From positions 10,836 through 74,835 of the forward strand of contig DHSM01000016.1 in NCBI GenBank assembly GCA_002408465.1: a DNA stretch of 64,000 nt, written 5' to 3'. This stretch comes from Firmicutes bacterium UBA5286 (lineage in GTDB: Bacteria; Bacillota; Proteinivoracia; UBA4975). The notes below the pieces were generated by a model that did no database searches, was not told the origin of the DNA, and saw only the letters and a program-made list of their open reading frames with translations. The translations under genes were made by a program, and so were the position numbers. Shown one piece after another: positions 1 to 9,248 of the stretch. Positions within the stretch are counted from its first letter, which is position 1, and every line of letters starts with the position of its first letter.

Positions 1-723
1 AAGGGCTTTAATTTGCTGACGGTGCCGGTGCTGGTCCGGGAGCGGGCCATGATGGGAACAGGCTACTTCCCTCTGGGCCGGGATCAGGCCTATGCGGTCC
101 CTGAGGATGAACTGTACCTGGTGGGAACATCGGAAGTGCCCATGGTCTCCTACCATATGGATGAAATCCTTTCGTACCGAGACCTGCCCTTGCGCTATAC
201 TGCCCTCTCCACCTGCTTCCGCCGGGAGGCAGGAACCTATGGCAAGGATACCAGGGGGTTCTATCGGGTTCATCAATTCCAGAAGGTGGAACAGGTAGTA
301 TTTTGCCCTGCTGATGATGGAATTGCCGAGAAACTGCATCTCGAGCTTCTGCAGAATGTGGAAGAAATTCTTCAGGACCTGGAGCTCCCCTACCGGGTGG
401 CCCTGGCCTGCACCGGGGAAATTGGGGCGGGACAGGTGCGCAAGCATGAGGTGGAAACCTGGATGCCCAGTCGCAACGCGTATAGTGAAACCCATTCCTG
501 CTCCACTTTAAACGACTACCAGAGCAGGCGGCTGAATATTAAGTATCGGGACAGCGACGGCAAGTCCAAGTTTTGCTATACCCTGAACAATACCGGCATC
601 GCTTCGCCGCGAATTCTCATCCCCCTGCTGGAGAACCACCAGAACGAAGACGGCAGCGTCAATATCCCCAAGGTCCTCTGGCCGTACATGAACGGGCTGA
701 AAAAACTGGCGCCCAAAGAATAA
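1..723 (+). CDS. serS: Seryl-tRNA synthetase, C-terminal part (5' end outside window)
   Basis: Frame open from base 1; class II aaRS motifs GTSEVP, FRREAG, VHQFQKVEQ, ETHSCS, TLNNTGIASPR. Confidence 0.95.
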   Translation, partial: KGFNLLTVPVLVRERAMMGTGYFPLGRDQAYAVPEDELYLVGTSEVPMVSYHMDEILSYRDLPLRYTALSTCFRREAGTYGKDTRGFYRVHQFQKVEQVVFCPADDGIAEKLHLELLQNVEEILQDLELPYRVALACTGEIGAGQVRKHEVETWMPSRNAYSETHSCSTLNDYQSRRLNIKYRDSDGKSKFCYTLNNTGIASPRILIPLLENHQNEDGSVNIPKVLWPYMNGLKKLAPKE

Positions 724-748
724 TTGTTTTACTATTTCCGAAGCTGAG

Positions 749-779
749 GGAGCTGTCTTTAACGACAGCTCCTTTTTTT
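749..779 (+). terminator. Intrinsic terminator after serS
   Basis: GGAGCTGTC-tttaac-GACAGCTCC followed by T7. Confidence 0.9.
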
Positions 780-819
780 CTGTGTAGTTACTAATAATGC
801 TTGCATATGGATTGCGCAA

Positions 820-1639
820 GATGAGTTCAGTATACTCGATAAATTAAAAAACATTGTCTGTTATCTTCAGCAATTAGGGTTCCTGGATCAGGTCCCCAAA
901 CCGATGCTTGTAATCCAGCTCAGGAAGCTGTTGAATGTCAGCAGCTTAAGGCTTATTCCTAAAGTATCACAGGCAGGTGCATATCGCTTAGTGACGGGAA
1001 CCAGTGTGGATCCTTATGTTTTGTTTACCTGGCTGAGAATGTGCGATTTATTGACGGATCAGCATCAAATTAGTTGTCCCTTAGATATAGATCGTTTACA
1101 GGACAAAATTCCCTTGATAAAAGAGCTAATGTTTGAAGATGCCGCCAGGGTAGTTCGGACTGAAAGGTTATTTCGCTGAATGCGGAATAAAATTCGTGAT
1201 TGTCAGGCATTTTCCAGGTGCACCAGTCCAGGGGGTGATCATAAGAAATAATGATGGCAGTTTAAGTTTAATCATGACTTTTAGGAGGAAGTTAGCAGAT
1301 ATTTTTTGGTTCACGCTCTTTCATGAGGTCGGGCACATTATTAACGGAGATATTGAAGATAGGTTAATTGACTATGAACTTTCTAAGAATGAAGCAGAAA
1401 ATCAAGCAGATAGGTATGCGGCCAATACTTTAATTGACTCTGAGGCGTATTCACTATTTATGAAAAGCGGAGATTATTCTTTAGATAGTATCCAGAGGTT
1501 TTGTGATGAACAGAATATCCCTTCTTATATTTTGATCGGGAGATTGCATAAAGAGAAATACCTTAAGTACCACCAGTATTCTGATAATAAAGTTAGGTAT
1601 GAATTTGAAGATACTAATTTAATGACGGGAGTACACTAA
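820..1639 (+). pseudogene. 5'-truncated, frameshifted HigA-like/ImmA-IrrE (HTH-metallopeptidase) antitoxin remnant
   Basis: ORFs 904-1179 and 1196-1639 join (LFAECGIKFVIVRHF) if one T near 1168-1172 is removed; HEVGH (HExxH) motif; no N-terminal HTH or start context upstream. Confidence 0.75.
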
Positions 1640-1657
1640 GCTGCTGAGATATTAATT

Positions 1658-1693
1658 AAGGGTGTTGTCCTTTTGCGGGCAGCGCCCTTTTTT
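1658..1693 (+). terminator. Intrinsic terminator
   Basis: AAGGGTGTTGTCC...GGGCAGCGCCCTT stem (with G-U pairs) plus T-tract. Confidence 0.7.
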
Positions 1694-1787
1694 GGCTTTT
1701 AAATTCCCAGGTAAATTATTGACCGATAATGCTAAAGGAAAAAGTTGTGAGAAGGGAAAATCTATGGACAACAAAAACCATTTGCAT

Positions 1788-1808
1788 ACATTCATAATAT
1801 ATGAATGT
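1788..1808. promoter_or_regulatory. Inverted repeat, candidate operator upstream of S8 protease
   Basis: ACATTCATA-ata-TATGAATGT, perfect 9-3-9. Confidence 0.45.
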
Positions 1809-2018
1809 CCCAGGGGGCAATGAAGAGTCCAGGGAACATTTAACAGATGTGTTTTGATTCCTCGCTTTAATCAGGAATGTCAGGCACATTTTTTTAGCAT
1901 TTATTGTAAATGCCCGGAATATATACAAAGGGACAGTCTTGTAATATTTGCAGCGGGAGGGATGCCTGAAGCAAAAAGATTTTAGGCGCAGAAAAAACAT
2001 TAGAAAGGTGGTTAAAGA

Positions 2019-4406
2019 GTGGTAAGACAAGGGTATTTCAAATCTCTGGCGGTATTTGTCGTGCTGGCCCTGGTGTTTTCTGTGGCCGGCATTGGAGCCG
2101 CGGCCAGGCCGGCTGAGCCCTTTCAGTTTGCTGAACTCTATGGCAAGTATGACTTCACTTCTGAGGAGATCGTCACAATCATTGTTGAGCTGGATGCAGT
2201 GTCAATGATTGAGGCGAAACATACCGGCGTCAGTCAGAGTTTGGGCAAACTCAAGGCCGAAAGGGACAGAATTATTGCGGCTCTAAGTTCCATTACCGAT
2301 GTGCAGGTGAACAGGGATTATTCCCATGTCTTCTCAGGAATGTCTTTGAATCTCCGGGAAGACATGATTCCTGCGCTGCTGGCCATCCCGGGAGTAAGAG
2401 CTGTGTATCCGAATGTTGAATACACAGTGACCACGGGGGAAATGAGTTTCACCGAAGTGCCGGAAATGATCTACACAGCTCCGTATATTGGGGCTGAGCG
2501 GGCATGGAATGAACTGGGCTTTACCGGTCAGGGCATTACCGTCGCCGTCATTGACACCGGCTGCGATTACACCCACCCCGATTTAGTCCACGCCTTTGGA
2601 GATTATAAGGGCTGGGATTTCGTGGATAATGATGACGATCCCCAGGAAACTCCGCCGGGCATTATTCCGGAAGGGGAAACCGCCCATGGCACCCATGTAT
2701 CCGGGACCATTGCCGCCAATGGACTGATTAAAGGGATTGCCCCTGAGGCCAAGCTGTTGGCTTACCGTGTCCTGGGTCCCGGAGGCTCAGGCTATACGAC
2801 TGATGTGGTTGCAGGAATTGAGCGGGCTGTATTAGACGGGGCCGATGTCATGAATCTGTCTCTGGGAAATACCATCAATGACCCCGACTGGGCCACCAGC
2901 ATTGCTTTGGATTGGGCAATGGCAGAAGGTGTGGTGGCAGCCACCTCTAACGGCAATTCCGGCCCCGATAACTGGACTGTGGGCTCCCCGGGCACTTCCC
3001 GGCAGGCGATATCTGTAGGTGCCACAGTCCTGCCCAAGGACTTCTTCGCTCCTGGTATCTTTACCTCTGAGGGAGTTGTCTACAGCAGTTTTGAAATAAT
3101 GGGCTATACCGACCCAGCAGATGTAATGGCTTTAGACGGCAATGAGTATGAATTTGTCTATGCTGGCCTGGGAGGGGTCGATGATGTTGCCGGCCTGGAT
3201 TTGACGGGCAAAGTCGCCTTGATCCAGCGGGGAACCTATACTTTCCTGGACAAGGCAGCCAATGCCGCCGCTGCAGGCGCTGTTGCCGCAATAATCTTCA
3301 ACAATGCCGCCGGTGAAATCGGTTCCACCGTTGGCGGCATGGTCATCCCCACCTTTAAAATGTCTGGATTGGATGGGGTGGCCATGTATCAGGAAATGAT
3401 TGTCGGCAACAACAAGGTCACCTTTACCATGGATTATCTGGGCTGTATGGAGAGCGTAGCTGATTTCTCTTCCAGAGGCCCTGTGGTGGCCACCTGGATG
3501 ATCAAGCCTGACGTCTGCGCCCCCGGGGTGGACATCATCAGCACTGTGCCCACCCACAACCCTGCGGCTCCCCACGGCTATGCAATTTACCAGGGGACCA
3601 GCATGTCTTCTCCCCATGTGGCCGGAGCCGCCGCCCTCTTGGCAGAGGCTCATCCCGACTGGAGCGTAGACGATATCAAGGCCGCCCTGATGAATACGGC
3701 GGTAGGGTTGACAGATCCTTATACAGGCGCTCCCTACCCCCACAACACCCAGGGCGCCGGCAGCATCAGGGTTGACAAGGCCATTGAGACCAAGACTTTG
3801 GTGGCTCCGGGCAGCTATTCCTTTGGCGTGTTTGATAAGGCCAAGGGCAAGCAAGCAGAAAGGCAGAGCTTTGCAATCAAGAACCTCTCCGACCAGCGGG
3901 TGCAATTTTCCCTTGATGTTCAGTTCCCCGATGGCATCAAGGTAAACGCCAGCAAAAATCTCAATGTTGGCCCCGGAAAAACCCAACAGGTGGACCTGCT
4001 GGTGCAAGTAGACGCCTCGGCGCTGGCGCCTGGCTATTACGAGGGAGTAATTATGCTCAGTGCCGGGGAAGAGGAAATACGGGTGCCGGCAATCCTTTTC
4101 GTCGGCGACCCCGATTATCCCCTGCTGGGCGGCGCAGGCCTGGCGGATTTTGGAGATCAGTACCTGATTGAGCTTTACTTGCCCGGAGGGGCCGATGCGG
4201 TATTCCTGGATTTGTATACTCTGGATGTACAGCCGGTAGCGGAATTAATTGAAGACTATAATGTTCCTGCCGGGTATGCGGAGTACTACTGGGATAAGAC
4301 TGCCTCTGGCCAAGAATTGCCCCCTGGAACCTATTACATGGTCGCCTTTATTTATAAAGGCGACAGGGCAGAGGGCTGGATATTGGATGAAGTAGTGGTT
4401 CCGTAA
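2019..4406 (+). CDS. Secreted S8 subtilase, Vpr-like (signal peptide, I9 propeptide, PA insert, C-terminal Ig-like domains)
   Basis: Catalytic triad VAVIDTG / HGTHVSG / GTSMSSPHVAG; PA motif GKVALIQRG. Confidence 0.93.
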   Translation: MVRQGYFKSLAVFVVLALVFSVAGIGAAARPAEPFQFAELYGKYDFTSEEIVTIIVELDAVSMIEAKHTGVSQSLGKLKAERDRIIAALSSITDVQVNRDYSHVFSGMSLNLREDMIPALLAIPGVRAVYPNVEYTVTTGEMSFTEVPEMIYTAPYIGAERAWNELGFTGQGITVAVIDTGCDYTHPDLVHAFGDYKGWDFVDNDDDPQETPPGIIPEGETAHGTHVSGTIAANGLIKGIAPEAKLLAYRVLGPGGSGYTTDVVAGIERAVLDGADVMNLSLGNTINDPDWATSIALDWAMAEGVVAATSNGNSGPDNWTVGSPGTSRQAISVGATVLPKDFFAPGIFTSEGVVYSSFEIMGYTDPADVMALDGNEYEFVYAGLGGVDDVAGLDLTGKVALIQRGTYTFLDKAANAAAAGAVAAIIFNNAAGEIGSTVGGMVIPTFKMSGLDGVAMYQEMIVGNNKVTFTMDYLGCMESVADFSSRGPVVATWMIKPDVCAPGVDIISTVPTHNPAAPHGYAIYQGTSMSSPHVAGAAALLAEAHPDWSVDDIKAALMNTAVGLTDPYTGAPYPHNTQGAGSIRVDKAIETKTLVAPGSYSFGVFDKAKGKQAERQSFAIKNLSDQRVQFSLDVQFPDGIKVNASKNLNVGPGKTQQVDLLVQVDASALAPGYYEGVIMLSAGEEEIRVPAILFVGDPDYPLLGGAGLADFGDQYLIELYLPGGADAVFLDLYTLDVQPVAELIEDYNVPAGYAEYYWDKTASGQELPPGTYYMVAFIYKGDRAEGWILDEVVVP

Positions 4407-4427
4407 AATAGAGAACAGGAGCCAAAA

Positions 4428-4467
4428 AAAGCCGTCCCCCATGGCGCGTAGCCACGGGGGACGGTTT
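4428..4467. terminator. Bidirectional terminator between convergent genes
   Basis: A-tract, GCCGTCCCCC...GGGGGACGGT stem, T-tract. Confidence 0.8.
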
Positions 4468-4476
4468 AATTTTGGT

Positions 4477-5520
4477 TTAGAATTCTGATTGCACATAAGC
4501 AAAAGACAGGTTGGCGGTGGCGATGATGCTGTCTTTGTGGGTGCGTTCGTAGGAATGAGAGGCATCGACGCCGGGGCCGATGAGGCCGGCGACTATATCA
4601 TGGCCTGCCCGCAGGGAAGCGGAGGCATCAGATCCGTAGAAGGGGTAAATGTCCACTTGGCAGGGAATATCGCTGTCCTTGCAGAGCTTGACAAGCCTTT
4701 CCTTCATGGACCAGCTGTAAGGGCCAGAGGAGTCCTTGGCGCAGATGGAGACGCTGAATTCGTCGGACTGCTGGCCTTCACCGGGGGCGCCCATGTCAAT
4801 GCAGAGCATTTCTTTGACTCCGGCAGGGATGCCGGCGCTGGCGCCGTGGCCAACCTCTTCGAAGTTGCTGAAGAAGAAATGGGTGGTGCAGGGGAGCTGG
4901 ATTTTTTGTTCTTGGATAGCCTTGAGGATGCCCAGGATTACTGCAACCCCGGCCTTATCGTCCAGATGGCGGGATTTGATGAATCCTGATGAGGTGACCC
5001 GGGTGCGGGGATCAAAGGCGACGAAGTCTCCCACCTCAATGCCCAGCTTCCGTGTGTCGTCTTTGCAGCTGACCTTTTCGTCCAGCCGCACTTGCATGGT
5101 GTCAGCCTTGCGTTCGCTGGTGGCGGTGTCGGCGCCGTGGACGTGGGCTGATGCCTTGTTGAGCAGCAAAGTGCCGGTATATTCCTTACCGGAGGAAGTA
5201 ATGACGGTGCAGTTTTCCCCTTCTACATTGGCCCAGCCCAGGCCGCCGATATTGGTCAGCTTGAGCATGCCGTTGGACTTGATTTCTTTGACCATGCCTC
5301 CCAGGGTATCCACATGGGCGCTGATGATGCGCTGGTTTTCAGTGTCTACTCCAGGGACGGCAGCGACGATGGCGCCTTTGGCAGTAGTGGAATAACTGAT
5401 GCCCAGCTCATCCAGCTGTTGGCTGAGGTAGCCGTTAGCCTGGTATGTATAGCCGCTGGGACTGGGGATGGCCAGCAGTTCTTCAAGAGTCTGAAGCATA
5501 TAAGGCCAGTACTTTTCCAT
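4477..5520 (-). CDS. M42-family metallo-aminopeptidase (YhfE-like)
   Basis: SAHVDTLG, SRHLDDKAG, FEEVG, CIDMG, GVDASHSYER motifs. Confidence 0.9.
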   Translation of the reverse strand: MEKYWPYMLQTLEELLAIPSPSGYTYQANGYLSQQLDELGISYSTTAKGAIVAAVPGVDTENQRIISAHVDTLGGMVKEIKSNGMLKLTNIGGLGWANVEGENCTVITSSGKEYTGTLLLNKASAHVHGADTATSERKADTMQVRLDEKVSCKDDTRKLGIEVGDFVAFDPRTRVTSSGFIKSRHLDDKAGVAVILGILKAIQEQKIQLPCTTHFFFSNFEEVGHGASAGIPAGVKEMLCIDMGAPGEGQQSDEFSVSICAKDSSGPYSWSMKERLVKLCKDSDIPCQVDIYPFYGSDASASLRAGHDIVAGLIGPGVDASHSYERTHKDSIIATANLSFAYVQSEF

Positions 5521-5586
5521 AAGATTTCCCTCCCAAGTATTTCTCTTATTTGAGTATAACAGATTGCTCTGATCCTAACCAGACGG

Positions 5587-5616
5587 TTGACATATCCGGT
5601 AAGAATGATGTATAAA
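5587..5616 (+). promoter_or_regulatory. sigmaA promoter of the Fur/Zur-ECF operon
   Basis: TTGACA (5587)-18 nt-TATAAA (5611). Confidence 0.65.
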
Positions 5617-5621
5617 TATAA

Positions 5622-5640
5622 GTAAATGATAATCATTTAC
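5622..5640. promoter_or_regulatory. Fur/Zur-type operator
   Basis: Perfect 9-1-9 palindrome GTAAATGAT-A-ATCATTTAC over the predicted TSS, directly upstream of a Fur-family gene. Confidence 0.8.
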
Positions 5641-5656
5641 AGGAAGGTGTAAGTAA

Positions 5657-6079
5657 ATGGATCTTGAGCATGACTTGGCAAAGCTTAACGCACTGGGGCA
5701 CCGAATCACCCGCCAGCGCCGTCTGGTGCTAGAGGTTATCCTTGCTGACCCCTGTCTCCAAAGCGCTGAAGACATTTATGGCAAGTGCCGGGAGCTTGAT
5801 GACAGCATCAGCTATCCCACAATCTATCGCACTTTGGATATGCTGGTGGAAGCAGAAATGGTCCGAAAACTGCATTTTGGCGGCAGCAAGAGCTGGTACG
5901 AGCCGTTGCAGAGGCAGGAGCACCATCATCATCTGGTGTGCCGGGAGTGCGGCGCCAAGGTGCCAATTGCCGCCTGCCCCGGGAAGCTGATTGCTCAAGA
6001 GGCCAGCCGCAACCAGTTCAAAGTCCTGGACCATCAGTTTGAGATTGTGGGCATCTGTAAAGATTGCCAGAGGAATTAG
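5657..6079 (+). CDS. Fur-family transcriptional repressor (Zur-like)
   Basis: RITRQR, TIYRTL, HHHHLVCRECG and CKDC motifs. Confidence 0.92.
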   Translation: MDLEHDLAKLNALGHRITRQRRLVLEVILADPCLQSAEDIYGKCRELDDSISYPTIYRTLDMLVEAEMVRKLHFGGSKSWYEPLQRQEHHHHLVCRECGAKVPIAACPGKLIAQEASRNQFKVLDHQFEIVGICKDCQRN

Positions 6080-6114
6080 TTCTTCCTTGCATTTTATTTT
6101 CTGGGGTGAAGAAT

Positions 6115-6798
6115 ATGAGTCATTTGCATATAAGTGATGGTGTTTTGCCTTGGTGGCTGTGGGTTGGCGGGTATGTGGCCACCTTAGCAATCGTGCTGCT
6201 GGCCTTAGGCCGGCTTCGGGGCCAGCGCCGTCTGCTGCCAGCAGTGGCAGTAATGGCGGCAGTGGCCCTAGTTGCCATGAACATTCCTCTGGGGTTGCCA
6301 GTGCATATCAATTTAGCTGCGCTGGCAGGCATAATCCTGGGACCCCTCAATGGCTTTTTGGCGATATTCATTGTCAATTTGCTGACCTCATTGATTGGCC
6401 ACGGAGGCGTGACGGTGCTGGGAATAAATTCTCTGTTGGTGGGCAGTGAAGCCCTGGTGGCAGGGCTGCTGTTTAAGGGTTTAGGCGGCGCAAAAAGGCT
6501 GCTGCCCAATATCGCCCTTTCTGTCCTGGTCGCTCTCTTGGTTTCCACCCTCTTGGTGGTGTCAACGGCAGGCCTGGCTGGAAGAGAGCTGGAGGATTGG
6601 GTTGCTCATGTGCACGGCCATGATCCGTTAGTGGAGACAGGACATGACCACGAGTCAGGATTCCTCAAGACCTTTGTCACGATTATCGCGCCACTGGTGG
6701 CGGTATGGATGGCGGCAGAGCTGGCGGTGTCCCTGTTGGTGGCGGGCTATGTAAATAAGGTTAAGGGCGGCTGGTTTGACCGGGGTGATAGCGTTTGA
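6115..6798 (+). CDS. CbiM/NikM-family ECF substrate-binding (S) component with His-rich loop
   Basis: N-terminus MSHLHISDG, VHINL, GHGGVTVLG; HVHGHD..GHDHE loop; start moved to ATG 6115. Confidence 0.85.
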   Translation: MSHLHISDGVLPWWLWVGGYVATLAIVLLALGRLRGQRRLLPAVAVMAAVALVAMNIPLGLPVHINLAALAGIILGPLNGFLAIFIVNLLTSLIGHGGVTVLGINSLLVGSEALVAGLLFKGLGGAKRLLPNIALSVLVALLVSTLLVVSTAGLAGRELEDWVAHVHGHDPLVETGHDHESGFLKTFVTIIAPLVAVWMAAELAVSLLVAGYVNKVKGGWFDRGDSV

Positions 6799-7487
6799 AT
6801 CTGGCGACTCTTGATAATCTGGCTGTCAATCATCGCTGTTGGCTGCAGCGGTGTTCGACACTGGCCAAGGTTCTCTTTGCCGCGGCAGTGCTGACTTTTC
6901 TTCTGACTACAATGTCACTGCCCTTTATCGCCGGGCTGGCAGCGCTGTTGCTGGTCATTGCCTTGAGCAACCGGCTTCCTCTTGCGGTTCTCTTGCCCCT
7001 TGCCCTTATCCCCATGATCTTTGCCGGCATCTTTGCCTTCAGCATTAGGGATTGGGCAGTGGGGCTGACGGTAATTGGACGGGCCGGAACGGCAGCCCTG
7101 ATAGCGGCTGAGGTGTTTATGACCACAGTCCCTGTTCATCTCTTGGGGGTGATCTCAGCGCCAATGCCTGAGATTTTTGGGGAACTTATATATTTTACTT
7201 ATCGGTCCCTCTTTCTGCTGGCAGGGAGCTTGGACAACACCCTGAAGGCAGTGAGATTGCGTCGGGGAAAAGAGAAATTCAGCTTTGCTCGGGTCCGGGC
7301 TACGGCCCAAGTCTATGGCATGACCCTGGTCCGGGCTTGGGATATGGCTGGACGCCAGTATGACTTGCTGAGGCTGCGTGGTCTTGGCCAGGGGCTTAAG
7401 ATTAGCCGGGACTGGCATTTGCGTTCTTCTGACCTGATCTTGCTGGCAGCGATACTCCTGATTGGAATGGGGTGGTATTTTGTCTGA
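6795..7487 (+). CDS. ECF transmembrane T component (CbiQ-like)
   Basis: Hydrophobic; YFTYRSLFLL and LRLRG coupling motifs; overlaps S gene. Confidence 0.8.
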   Translation: MNLATLDNLAVNHRCWLQRCSTLAKVLFAAAVLTFLLTTMSLPFIAGLAALLLVIALSNRLPLAVLLPLALIPMIFAGIFAFSIRDWAVGLTVIGRAGTAALIAAEVFMTTVPVHLLGVISAPMPEIFGELIYFTYRSLFLLAGSLDNTLKAVRLRRGKEKFSFARVRATAQVYGMTLVRAWDMAGRQYDLLRLRGLGQGLKISRDWHLRSSDLILLAAILLIGMGWYFV

Positions 7488-8319
7488 GCCTATTGTTTCT
7501 GTGGATTGTATGCGTCATGTCTATCCTGACCGCACAGAGGTTTCCCTCTGCGGTGTGGAGTTTGCTGTCCAGCCGGGGGAAATCGTGGCCGTGCTGGCTG
7601 CTAATGGGGCAGGCAAGACCACGTTGCTGCAGCATATAACCGGCATGCTCCGGCCGGTGGAGGGCAGCGTCCGGGTCTTCGGCCTCGACCCTTATAAGGA
7701 ATTTGAAAAGGTGCGCACCCGCCTGGGAGTGGTGTTTCAAAACCCCGCCGAGCAGATTATTGGCCCCACTGTGGCTGAGGATATCGCCTTCGGTCTGGGT
7801 CACCTGAAATTGAGCCGGCAGGAGCAGGCCGCCAGGGTGGAGGCTATCTTGCAGCGCCTGGGAATTACTCATTTGGCGGGCAAGGTCCCTCATTATCTGA
7901 GCGGCGGCGAGGTAAAAAAAGTCGCCCTGGCTGGGGCCCTGGTCACAGCGCCGGAACTGTTGGTGTTGGATGAACCCTTTGCCGAGCTGGACATTCAGGC
8001 GGTTGGGGATTTGGTAGGGATGCTGCGGACTGTCAGTCGGGAAGAGGGCACGGCAATTATCTTTACCAGCCATCAGCTGGAACCGGCGGCGCTGCTGGCC
8101 GACACAGTCTATGTCCTCAATGAGGGCCAGGTGGCGGCTAAAGGCAAACCCTTAGAGGTCTTCCAGCAGCAGGATATCCTAGAGCAAAGCCGCCTCCAGG
8201 CGCCGGATTTGTTTCGCTTGGTGGACCTGTTGCGGCGGGCGGGGTTGGATATTGAGCCCAATTTAGATATCCGGCAGGTGGCAGCTCAAATTATCGCCGC
8301 CGCAGAAAATAGTGTATAA
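7480..8319 (+). CDS. ECF ATPase (CbiO-like)
   Basis: Walker A ANGAGKT, FQNP, LSGGE, LDEP; likely TTG start at 7480. Confidence 0.9.
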   Translation: MSEPIVSVDCMRHVYPDRTEVSLCGVEFAVQPGEIVAVLAANGAGKTTLLQHITGMLRPVEGSVRVFGLDPYKEFEKVRTRLGVVFQNPAEQIIGPTVAEDIAFGLGHLKLSRQEQAARVEAILQRLGITHLAGKVPHYLSGGEVKKVALAGALVTAPELLVLDEPFAELDIQAVGDLVGMLRTVSREEGTAIIFTSHQLEPAALLADTVYVLNEGQVAAKGKPLEVFQQQDILEQSRLQAPDLFRLVDLLRRAGLDIEPNLDIRQVAAQIIAAAENSV

Positions 8320-8377
8320 TACCGAAGGGCGGAGTTGGCACCGATTACGCAGATGTTATTGCCGAGGAGGTTGAGGA

Positions 8378-9091
8378 ATGGGAGATATATTGATAATAAG
8401 CACCCTGGCGGGACTGACCACTGCCCTTGGTGCAGGAATAGTAATTCTTGCGGGAAAGCCTTCTACTAAACTGCTGTCTACATTGCTGGGTTTTGCCGGC
8501 GGTGTCATGCTGGCCATTTCTAATTTGGTGCTTCTGCCTGAGGCCATAGAGAACGGCGGCACTGTCATAGCGATAGTAGGATTTGGCTCAGGCGCTTTGA
8601 TGATGCATTTATTGGATCATCTCATTCCTCATATCCATTTCACCAATGGCTGTGAAAAAAATGGGGAAATGCTCAAAGTGGGTTACCTGATATTTTGGGG
8701 GATTGCCGTGCACAATGTGGCCGAGGGTCTGGCCATAGGCGCGGGCATGATCGCTCATCCCAGTCTGGGCCTGGCCATTGCCATTGCCATCGGGATTCAC
8801 AATATTCCTGAGGGGATGGCTACCGCCGTGCCCCTATGCTTAGGGGGATTGAAGGCGGTGAAAGTGCTGATTCTGACTGCCGTTGCAGGCCTGATGACGG
8901 TGGTTGGCGCCGCCCTGGGCAGTCTTGCCTTTCAGTCCAGTTCCGGCTTTGTGGCGGCGGCCCTGGGCTTTGCCGCCGGAGCGATGTTCTATATTGTCGG
9001 GGATGAATTGATTCCCCATGCCCGCAATTATCATCATTATTGTGCGACTATTGGCCTGGTGTTAGGGTTTATAGTGGGAGTGTTGTTGTAA
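8378..9091 (+). CDS. ZIP-family divalent metal transporter (ZupT/GufA-like)
   Basis: HNVAEGLA and HNIPEG motifs. Confidence 0.92.
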   Translation: MGDILIISTLAGLTTALGAGIVILAGKPSTKLLSTLLGFAGGVMLAISNLVLLPEAIENGGTVIAIVGFGSGALMMHLLDHLIPHIHFTNGCEKNGEMLKVGYLIFWGIAVHNVAEGLAIGAGMIAHPSLGLAIAIAIGIHNIPEGMATAVPLCLGGLKAVKVLILTAVAGLMTVVGAALGSLAFQSSSGFVAAALGFAAGAMFYIVGDELIPHARNYHHYCATIGLVLGFIVGVLL

Positions 9092-9117
9092 ATAATCGCC
9101 CGGGTGGCGTACATAAA

Positions 9118-9222
9118 TGTAGGGGGGCGGTTTCCGCCCCCTTTCTTGATAGGGAAGACCCGGCGGGAGGGGAAACCCCTCCATTTTGAGGTTAAAGGTT
9201 AAATGTTGGAGGTTGGAAATTT
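9118..9222. repeat. Composite dispersed repeat copy 1: GTAG-type REP palindrome + shared spacer + GAGGTTA heptamer array
   Basis: TGTAGGGGGGCGGTTTCCGCCCCCT; AGGG(A)AGACCC..GGGAGGGGAAACCCCT; five 7-mers from 9188; matches 14026-14164. Confidence 0.75.
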
Positions 9223-9248
9223 TGGGGTCCCGATGTCGCCCCGTTTTT

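Noticed and set aside
1716-2030. 104-aa minus-strand ORF upstream of the S8 protease
   Set aside because: No RBS or recognisable motif; overlaps the promoter region and start of the protease gene
3132-4007. Long antisense/alternate-frame ORFs (also 32796-33713, 35083-35919, 47154-47906, 47461-48240 and others)
   Set aside because: Shadow ORFs expected opposite GC-rich genes; no motifs or RBS
5530-6114. Cobalamin riboswitch upstream of the CbiM-like ECF
   Set aside because: No B12-box or GGGAA/GCCACTG elements; a Fur-type box is present instead
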